Virus record (IMG/VR): IMGVR_UViG_3300048835_001002
Coordinates: 1 to 55,593 of that record
Source of the DNA: a virus
Lineage: Duplodnaviria > Caudoviricetes
Direction: 5' to 3' (one strand)
Length of the DNA stretch: 55,593 bases
Below the pieces are notes generated by a model. The model did no database searches. It saw only the letters and a list, made by a program, of their open reading frames with translations, and was not told the origin of the DNA. Below, one piece after another: positions 48,349-55,593 of the stretch (positions within the stretch are counted from its first letter, which is position 1; each line of letters opens with the position of its first letter). Made by a program: the position numbers and the translations under genes.

Positions 48349-49080
48349 TTAAAGCTGACTGATGGACCAGGACAATTCATTGATAGAGACCGACGAAGAT
48401 ACTCCAAAAGTCAGGGTCATGTATAAATCTTCATTGCATTTGCTAATGTCGTAGCTCGGATGGCTGAGACTCACGTTTTGAGCGCCACCAATACTTAAAG
48501 TTGATCTAGCAATGCCGCCAGGATTGGTTGTTGTCGAACCGTCCGGGTTTGTAATACCGCAACCGAATCCAATCTGTACTGATTCCTGTCCACCTGGAGA
48601 GGGAAATATGGTTGGGTTGACAGAAGCATACACTGAAATAGTTCTGTTACCAGCTGTGTAAAACGAGATCTCGTCCTTGGGAATCAGGGTAACCTTGATT
48701 TGGACCTTCAAGCCTTCTCTGCTAATAAAATCTGTTCCGTCTAGCAGTTTCGTTGCGCCCGGCACCGGACGCGATACTGTTAAACCTGTGCCGTTATAAG
48801 ACGTGGAAAAATCCAAAGCCTTTGGCCAGGGAAAGACTCTGGTCTCATATTTCACTGTTCCACTGATGTTTTGATCCACGAATGATGAGTTCCATTCCTT
48901 CGTACCAAGTCTCTCATTTGTAAGTCTGAAGTTTGAAATAATCTGATCTGTATTGCTTTGATCAAACTTCAAAATCACTCGATCAGCATTTCCAACTTGG
49001 TCTTTGGTAACTGCACCAAAGCAGGCAGTTGACAAGGTAACGAGAGCAGCAGAAATGCACTTCATAGTGAAACCATTCAT
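48349..49080 (-). CDS. Secreted beta-rich hypothetical protein
   Basis: Signal peptide MNGFTMKCISAALVTLSTACFG-A; Ser/Thr/Gly-rich; AAGGA RBS. Confidence 0.7.
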   Translation of the reverse strand: MNGFTMKCISAALVTLSTACFGAVTKDQVGNADRVILKFDQSNTDQIISNFRLTNERLGTKEWNSSFVDQNISGTVKYETRVFPWPKALDFSTSYNGTGLTVSRPVPGATKLLDGTDFISREGLKVQIKVTLIPKDEISFYTAGNRTISVYASVNPTIFPSPGGQESVQIGFGCGITNPDGSTTTNPGGIARSTLSIGGAQNVSLSHPSYDISKCNEDLYMTLTFGVSSSVSINELSWSISQL

Positions 49081-49300
49081 GGGTATTCCTTTCAAAGCAA
49101 GGCGAGATAATATCTTTATTTCGAGTCACTTTCGAGACGGGCGGGACTTTATCTCAAAGTTGGAATCAAAATCAAGACAATAAGTCGTTTTGATTTATTG
49201 ATTCAAATAGCTGATTGCAAACGGATTGGGGAAAATTATCAACGTAAATTTGGTGGCTATGTCATGGAAAAGCGCAGAGTTAATCAGAAAGTATTTGGGG

Positions 49301-49350
49301 TTGACTAAATTCCTATGAGGTGTGTTATAAGGGCGCGGACGCCTTTATAA
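49301..49350 (+). promoter_or_regulatory. Candidate promoter/operator of the toxin operon
   Basis: TTGACT at 49301, TG-n-TATAAG (long spacer), overlapped by the IR TTATAAgGGCG-cgga-CGCCtTTATAA (49325-49350). Confidence 0.4.
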
Positions 49351-49373
49351 TTAACCCATTCAGGGAAACTGCT

Positions 49374-50381
49374 ATGATAAAATCCATCCATATTACAACG
49401 GCTTCTGTCGCAATAACTTTCCTGTCCGCCTTTTCCGCGCAAGCTCAGACAATCTTTGCGCCATCCAAAGACAATTGCCGCCCTTATGTTTCTGATTCAT
49501 TCAAGTTCTGCAAGGCAGAGCCTGTCACGGTAGCTTTTGCCAAAGTCAGTGATACTACGCTTGAAATTCTGGAAGGCCTGCCTGTCGAAAATTCAATGTC
49601 GTACAAGCTTTTTTGCCCATCGTGGCCAGATGCTCAGCCTGTAGAGCTTAAATCGGCAGGCCGATCCCAGACTTTGCTGGCATCAAGCAAGGCCGTAGTG
49701 GAGTCGGTAAAAGAGACGGTTTCACACTCTGACCTTGTGACCTCTGCATATCTATTTACTCCGCTGATCAAGAGGGAAGCCACGATAGAAGCCAATTGCA
49801 AGATGGAAGTCATTTCAAACGTAACAACTCCAAATCTTGCTTATTTAAAAGCAATTGCGGACCTTCTTAAAGAGGATTTTTCTTCCCTGAAAGACCTTGT
49901 TGCCAAGCTCGAAAAGGCATCTGAATTGCCAGAGACATGGTCAGCTCTAGTCGCTTCAACGCAAACAATTGAGGATTCAGCCACTTCACTCGATTTTGAA
50001 AAAGCCCAGCTTGACGCAGAACTTCAGGAGCTTTTGGGATTGCCGGAAAGCGAGCTGACATCCGAAGATCAGAACAGGAAAGAAATGCTTCCGTACCTCA
50101 TTGAGAAGTATACTTTGATATCAAGCAACCTCCGTAAGGCAAAGGATGATATCGGAAAAACACTTAAAATCGCGGAGAAGTGCGGACTAGGCGCGCCAGA
50201 TGCTTTCTGTATCCAATCGGTAAATAAGCTTGTGAATGACATAAAAGGGGAAGTTTCAACACGAAGCACACGAATGACTAAATTTTCCACATTTCTTTCT
50301 CTTGAATCCGGCCGCCTGAAAGATGTCGCAAAAAGATTGTCCAAACAGCTCGCGGATCTTTCAGCTGAAGTCAACCCCTGA
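49374..50381 (+). CDS. Secreted protein with Cys-containing N-domain and long coiled coil
   Basis: Signal peptide ending SAQA-Q; six Cys; helical C-terminal half. Confidence 0.75.
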   Translation: MIKSIHITTASVAITFLSAFSAQAQTIFAPSKDNCRPYVSDSFKFCKAEPVTVAFAKVSDTTLEILEGLPVENSMSYKLFCPSWPDAQPVELKSAGRSQTLLASSKAVVESVKETVSHSDLVTSAYLFTPLIKREATIEANCKMEVISNVTTPNLAYLKAIADLLKEDFSSLKDLVAKLEKASELPETWSALVASTQTIEDSATSLDFEKAQLDAELQELLGLPESELTSEDQNRKEMLPYLIEKYTLISSNLRKAKDDIGKTLKIAEKCGLGAPDAFCIQSVNKLVNDIKGEVSTRSTRMTKFSTFLSLESGRLKDVAKRLSKQLADLSAEVNP

Positions 50382-50402
50382 TAGAGGTGGGAGTGTAGCG
50401 TT

Positions 50403-51659
50403 ATGTTTAAAAACTTAGCTATTTTTATGGCTCTATGGGGGTTGTCAACCTTTCAGGCAAAAGGTGACGAAGGGGCAGATTTGCTTGCGAAAAGAAGCGA
50501 GCTTCAACGGCAGAAGGAAGAAATTCAAAAAATAGATCTTCAGATTATCCGTGTTACTACAACATGGCAGAGGATCAGCAGCGATTTTCAAACGCAGGCA
50601 AGTCTTCTGCAGTCAAATCTAGCCTCTATTGAAAAACTTGCTGCGGCGCAAAGTTCAGAAATGGATAAGCTTTCAAAGTGGATGACTGACAAATATGAGA
50701 TTGTAAAAACAGCTTCAGATTCGGCCGCTTTTAGATCTCTTATGGAAGAATATCGCACATTACGCATGGGAAACGGCTGCCGGTCATCGGGTCTTGATGA
50801 TCAATTTAGGGCCGTTGTTGGCAACCTGGACGGCATGCGTAATCTCAAAAACGAAGCGGCTGACCTTGATAAAAACTGGAATTTGCCTCCCGATTTTGAC
50901 GAAATGAGGAAGGCTATCAGGGACGGCACGGAAGTGTTGTCTGTCAACTTCGAGTCGGCAAAAAAATCAGTTACTGCAGTGATGCCTTTGATGCTTTCCT
51001 CCGATGTTTGCGACGCGTTTCTGCAATTTGATGTCGTCATCTCTCTATCGCAAACAATTGCTGAGGTGAACAAAGCAGCATCTTCAATAGATGCAATTGA
51101 TTTTACCAGGTTTCTCAAGGACATTGATAATCTGGATAAAGAAAGAAATCTGCTCAAGCAGGTTCGGCGGGTAGCAACCTCCATGGGCGGGCGCAACATC
51201 ACCAACATTCGGCTTGGAAAGCTGGGTGAGACCCTTCAGTTCGCTGCAACCTATCAGAATCAGATTGATGCTCTCTCGACTTCGTTGAAGTCCCTTAAGT
51301 TTGTGGGCGACGCGGAACGTAATGAAGCCATGGCATCGCTAAACAATACTACGGAAGGCATGGCAAAAGAACTGGAAATTTCCAAAGTGTTCACTGCTGC
51401 AGGTAAGCGGACATTTTTGTTGACAAGATCACAAAATGTTCAAACAAGGCTTTTCAAACTGAACTCAATGCAGCTTGACTCCGTAAAAGCTGATCTCTAT
51501 CAAAAGGTCAAATCCTATTGTCAAACCGAAATCAGTATGACGCCTACGGGAAGGTATTTATTGCCTGCCAATCTCGGCTTTGAGCAGTCCATTAAACTCG
51601 ACGAAAAATTTGCGAAGGCCCAGCAGATGCTGCAGAAGATTGATGGGGTCGAAATATGA
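50403..51659 (+). CDS. Secreted all-helical coiled-coil protein
   Basis: Signal peptide MFKNLAIFMALWGLSTFQAKG-D; heptad-rich throughout. Confidence 0.75.
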   Translation: MFKNLAIFMALWGLSTFQAKGDEGADLLAKRSELQRQKEEIQKIDLQIIRVTTTWQRISSDFQTQASLLQSNLASIEKLAAAQSSEMDKLSKWMTDKYEIVKTASDSAAFRSLMEEYRTLRMGNGCRSSGLDDQFRAVVGNLDGMRNLKNEAADLDKNWNLPPDFDEMRKAIRDGTEVLSVNFESAKKSVTAVMPLMLSSDVCDAFLQFDVVISLSQTIAEVNKAASSIDAIDFTRFLKDIDNLDKERNLLKQVRRVATSMGGRNITNIRLGKLGETLQFAATYQNQIDALSTSLKSLKFVGDAERNEAMASLNNTTEGMAKELEISKVFTAAGKRTFLLTRSQNVQTRLFKLNSMQLDSVKADLYQKVKSYCQTEISMTPTGRYLLPANLGFEQSIKLDEKFAKAQQMLQKIDGVEI

Positions 51660-52831
51660 AAAACATGAAAATGGCTTTTTCCCTTTGTCTTGTCGGCTGG
51701 TTTTACTCCTCACTGGCCCTTAGTAGCGAAATGTTTCGAGCAATTATTGATGAGCATGCATGCTATGCCACTGTCTATTCCGACAGTGAAATTCTAATGC
51801 CAAGTCACTGCGTGTCGTTGCCTTACGAAAATGTGTCGCTTGAAAGCATTGGTGTAAAGAGAATTGAGAACGTTCGGGAATATCTGAATGAAAATCGTGA
51901 TGTCTTTCAAATCGGCAGCGAGAGAATGCTGATTATTCGGCTGTCTGAAAAAGTTTTTGAGAATTCAAAACCTTTAACGATGAAATCTCCCAGACCAGGC
52001 AAGCTGGACAGCATAGATGGAACAAGGAGTTCGTGTACAGTGGCATACATCGAGCATAGAAAGGGATTCATGGCCTATGAATGCCAGAGCTGGCACGGCG
52101 AGTCCGGACGTTTAGTATATCAGAACGGCACTCCGGTCGGATTTCACCTTGGACGCCTGAAATCCAGTGGTCTTGCAATTGCGGCCCTGGATAAAGGGCC
52201 TTTTGTGGAACTTCGCACGGAATTTGGCAACGATTTTGAACCGGAGAAGCTTAAGGTCAGCTGCTGCAAGAAATTGAAAAAAGCTGTCGATAAGGTTGGT
52301 CAGGCCATACAGGATGGAGTCGATTCGGTTGGCAAAGTGATTGAGAATGTGAAAAACGAGATCAAACGCCTTGAGGATGATGTCAAAACCCTTCCGAGAG
52401 TTTTTTCGGCGGAATATCTTAAAGAAAAAACTGCATCAATAAAAGGTCCACAACTTCCTGAATTCAAGACTTCGGATGTGAAATGGCCTGAAATGAACAT
52501 GGACTTTGTGGCAATCCCTGAACGTTGGTTTAAGAAAGCAGGCAAGCGATGGGATCAGGCTGTTTATATGTTCAAGGAACTTGGCAGGGCGGCCGAGGTG
52601 TGGTGGGAGATACTCAAGGACACAAAAGTTGGGGCACCAAATCTCTGCCAAGGCTGCGAGGATCCTCCTCCTCGTGATATCTGCGCACCATCAGCGACTC
52701 AACAGGAAAAAAAGGAGTGCATTTCGAATATGGAAAAGGCACTCGATGTGGCGACTCAGCAAAAATTCCAAACTGTTGAAGGGCTTCGTCCATGGCTAAA
52801 CGATCAAAAAGCCAAAGTTGGAGTGGAGTGA
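51656..52831 (+). CDS. Secreted trypsin-like serine protease domain fused to a helical C-terminal domain
   Basis: Signal peptide; CYAT...MPSHCV (His), CQSWHGESGRLV (Ser), PVGFHLG; catalytic Asp not evident. Confidence 0.65.
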   Translation: MKNMKMAFSLCLVGWFYSSLALSSEMFRAIIDEHACYATVYSDSEILMPSHCVSLPYENVSLESIGVKRIENVREYLNENRDVFQIGSERMLIIRLSEKVFENSKPLTMKSPRPGKLDSIDGTRSSCTVAYIEHRKGFMAYECQSWHGESGRLVYQNGTPVGFHLGRLKSSGLAIAALDKGPFVELRTEFGNDFEPEKLKVSCCKKLKKAVDKVGQAIQDGVDSVGKVIENVKNEIKRLEDDVKTLPRVFSAEYLKEKTASIKGPQLPEFKTSDVKWPEMNMDFVAIPERWFKKAGKRWDQAVYMFKELGRAAEVWWEILKDTKVGAPNLCQGCEDPPPRDICAPSATQQEKKECISNMEKALDVATQQKFQTVEGLRPWLNDQKAKVGVE

Positions 52832-55350
52832 TGAGAATCCATGGCGCAAAAGACAGAATCCAGGTCTATTCGAGCCTAACCTTCGTATGCTCTTTAATAG
52901 TGTTAATATTGTCGGTCACATGCGGCAGGGCTGAGCAGGAGAGGTCAGAACTGCTCCACGCCGGTGATCCCTTTGAAGTGCCTAATAGTTGGAATATCTG
53001 TAACTCGGAACCTTATGACCTTTATCTTACCCTTGCGCATACTGACTATAGTAACAGGTATTGGCCGGTAGGGCAGGACCCATACACAGGACAAACATTG
53101 GAGGCAGCAAGTTCAGAGATACATGGCTGGATAAAGCTGCCAACTGGAGTTTGTACTGATGTAGGGCCAATTTGGAAGATTGGGCTGATTGTTTTAAGAG
53201 GTGGTCAGGGAGCTTACGAAGCCAAGGGTGGCGCTTTTGCTCAGGCAGGTTCATCCGTCTGTGTAAATTCGAGTTTGGCGAGCAATAAGACAGTTCCCTG
53301 GACAGCTATCGTAAGTGGTTATGATAGCATGAGACCTTATCTAAGTTGTCCGATGGGTACAGTTTCAAAAACCCAATTTATCTACTCGGACCTTCCTAAT
53401 CGCCAATGTGTCAATGATTCAAGGCGCATTGATTGTAAATTTACTCTGAGCGGTGGCAGAGTCTATGACGATGGTGATTACCTTTACCTCGACGAAAATG
53501 GCGATTCCGCAGAGCTTGATGAGAAAATTAAAGAACTAAATAAAAAGGTTTTGGACGCAGAAAGTGAATTAAAGCAGTGTAAGGCCAAGGCGTCCTGGAT
53601 AGCTTCCAAGAAAATCCTTGAATTGGATCCGAATGCATTCGCCGAGCTTGCCAGGGTTTGTGGTGAATCTGCCACTGTCAAGGAGCTGAAGGAAGAAGTT
53701 GATCGAATTCAGAAAGAGATAAAGGCTTTTATTCTGGCTGTTTCTCAGGAATTAGACGATGTTTACCGGACCGTTATTGCAATTGCTGGAAAGCTGGGCG
53801 TAACTCTTCCGTTGGAAGACGACTATAAAGCAGAAGCTCTCGAAAATATCGTTTATCCTTCTTCGTCACTCAATCCCAATGCACAAGGGTTTTATTCTGC
53901 TTTATTCAATCAATATCAGGAGGTTTTCGATGCTTCATACACGACAAGCAAGAAAAAGTTTCTGACTTCAGTACTCGGGTTCACATACACGTTTCCTGTT
54001 TTTGGACGAAACCTTGTGTCAGAAGACCCTTTAAGTCAGGAAAAGTTTCTTGACTTCAAGTACGCTGCAGACAAAGCAGAAGAGTATTTTTCAAAGGTGG
54101 ATTTCAACCTGGATGAATACGGTTATCCAATCGACAGCCCTGTGCCCGAGGACATTAAGAAGGCAATTCGGGACGATATCAAGCCCTATGCACCCTCGCA
54201 GGCGATGGCTCTGGATGACGAGCTGAAAAAATGGGAAGGAACACTTACGGATAAACAAAAGCTTGCGCTGGAAGCTGTCAGATTTCTGGGCAAAGCCTTC
54301 CATCAGACAGTCTTAAGTCTTCCTGAAGAAGTATCTGCAGTTCATGCCCGACTCAAATCGGTAGCGGATGGTGCGATTGAGGCTGTTAAGGACGTAACGA
54401 AATGTTTGGTCAAAGTAGGGGCATCCGGGGACTTCTCTGACTGGTACGAAGTCACAGTGGGGAAGGACTACTGTGATGGGTCTGAGCTTTCGTTTGCTGG
54501 AAGGGCTGCAACGGCAGCGGGACTTGTGGTCGGCAGTGGAAAAGCATGGCGTATACTTGCTGATGGCCTGGGTATTGCGACCACAAAGCTTGGTCGAGTA
54601 GCTCATTTCGTTTCAGATGCACTGGAAAGCGGTCGTCGGAAAATTCCAGATCTTAAGGAAAGTGAAGTCAAGGAAGTCTTGAGAGATCTCGATCCTTCTT
54701 TCGGGTGTAATCTTTTGTCTTCCAGATATTTGAAATCAAGAACTAATGCGATAGATTTTGTTTTTGGAGTTTCAACAGCCTTTGCTAATAGTTCCGAAGA
54801 AGATTGTTTCAGGCAAATTTTCACAGAAATCCTTGATAATTCTGGGAAATATTGGAGTTTAGCAGGTTATAAGCATGTTCTTCGAGGAGAGCTTTACGAT
54901 GTAGGTGCAGCTACTAAACTTGCAGGTGGTCTGCATACCCAAAAAGGCTTAAATGAATTTGTTCTTCGCAATAAGAGACATGGCTTTACTTATGAAATAG
55001 TGGAAGTGTCCACTTTTTCCGAACGTAATCTTGATCCAAATAAGTTATTGGTGCGAAAATTACCAAACGGTGTTCGAGAGGTTCAGTTTCCGCGTGAAGC
55101 TTTTTTCAATTCGGATTCCTCACAAATTTCGCTGCCTACAGCTGATGGTCGCCGAATAAAGCATATAAAATCCCTTTGGCCTGAAAGTTTTACTCCGGAA
55201 GATATTGCTACAGCAGCGAAGGAAGCTATTACGAAAGCTGGTCCGAATCCTCCTGGCGTCCTTCAAGGAGTATACAAGAACATTCCTTTTACCTTATATT
55301 TTAGGGATGGTAAGATAAGGTCAGTTTTTCCAAAATTCTCGGAGAGCTAA
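52831..55350 (+). CDS. Polymorphic toxin: signal peptide, DUF1036-like domain, helical stalk, PT-TG, C-terminal EndoU RNase
   Basis: ICN...GWIKLPTGVC; SDWYEVTVGKDYCDGSELSFAGR (PT-TG); KHVLRGE...GGLH...NGVR...KSLWPESF...RSVFP (EndoU His-His-Lys). Confidence 0.8.
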   Translation: MRIHGAKDRIQVYSSLTFVCSLIVLILSVTCGRAEQERSELLHAGDPFEVPNSWNICNSEPYDLYLTLAHTDYSNRYWPVGQDPYTGQTLEAASSEIHGWIKLPTGVCTDVGPIWKIGLIVLRGGQGAYEAKGGAFAQAGSSVCVNSSLASNKTVPWTAIVSGYDSMRPYLSCPMGTVSKTQFIYSDLPNRQCVNDSRRIDCKFTLSGGRVYDDGDYLYLDENGDSAELDEKIKELNKKVLDAESELKQCKAKASWIASKKILELDPNAFAELARVCGESATVKELKEEVDRIQKEIKAFILAVSQELDDVYRTVIAIAGKLGVTLPLEDDYKAEALENIVYPSSSLNPNAQGFYSALFNQYQEVFDASYTTSKKKFLTSVLGFTYTFPVFGRNLVSEDPLSQEKFLDFKYAADKAEEYFSKVDFNLDEYGYPIDSPVPEDIKKAIRDDIKPYAPSQAMALDDELKKWEGTLTDKQKLALEAVRFLGKAFHQTVLSLPEEVSAVHARLKSVADGAIEAVKDVTKCLVKVGASGDFSDWYEVTVGKDYCDGSELSFAGRAATAAGLVVGSGKAWRILADGLGIATTKLGRVAHFVSDALESGRRKIPDLKESEVKEVLRDLDPSFGCNLLSSRYLKSRTNAIDFVFGVSTAFANSSEEDCFRQIFTEILDNSGKYWSLAGYKHVLRGELYDVGAATKLAGGLHTQKGLNEFVLRNKRHGFTYEIVEVSTFSERNLDPNKLLVRKLPNGVREVQFPREAFFNSDSSQISLPTADGRRIKHIKSLWPESFTPEDIATAAKEAITKAGPNPPGVLQGVYKNIPFTLYFRDGKIRSVFPKFSES

Positions 55351-55356
55351 TTGCAT

Positions 55357-55593
55357 ATGGGCACGAGACCAGATGTCGTTACATTTATTGAAAGCTTGAT
55401 GCCTGAGAAGCCAGCTGTTGGTTGGAGTAATGAAGGCATGCTGGAAATGCTAAGAGATTACGCTCTTGAGAACCCGGAGTGCTTGAGTGCGCTGCATGAA
55501 TATTTCAAGAGCTATGAAACGAATGATATCGTTGACATTATTGTGAAAGGAACCATTGCAGCTTGTTTGGTAGCTTGCGATGAAAATTTTCAC
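55357..55593 (+). CDS. Probable cognate immunity protein (runs off the window)
   Basis: ATG 6 nt after the toxin stop; open acidic frame to the window end; no signal peptide. Confidence 0.6.
   Translation, partial: MGTRPDVVTFIESLMPEKPAVGWSNEGMLEMLRDYALENPECLSALHEYFKSYETNDIVDIIVKGTIAACLVACDENFH

Overview
Most of this window is a temperate phage-plasmid. It runs from a lambda-type cos site (~1.4 kb) through lambda-like packaging and head genes (terminase, gpW, portal, S49 protease with nested scaffold, gpD, gpE), then a P2-like contractile tail and baseplate module. Next come ParA/ParB with sopC-like parS palindromes and an N15-type RepA primase-helicase. After that lie an accessory region (GNAT-like protein, 6TM class III nucleotide cyclase, ICMT-family methyltransferase, receiver protein, KorB-like protein, type II TA pair) and an XRE repressor. 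A second primase-helicase follows, then a RecE/Sak4/SSB/RusA operon containing a tandem Tad2/DUF2829-like gene, GH108 lysis genes and a C5 DNA methyltransferase with an overprinted second subunit. No integrase or protelomerase is recognisable in the window. The right end holds an AT-richer operon of signal-peptide proteins ending in a PT-TG/EndoU polymorphic toxin and a probable immunity gene. The most unusual items are this Sec-exported multi-component toxin operon, the synthase-receptor-cyclase-like cassette beside repA, a tail sheath cleanly split into two genes, and the absence of a tail fibre gene while a signal-peptide collagen gene sits inside the tail operon. Family calls come from motif recognition by eye, not from database searches. 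The host cannot be determined from this window.
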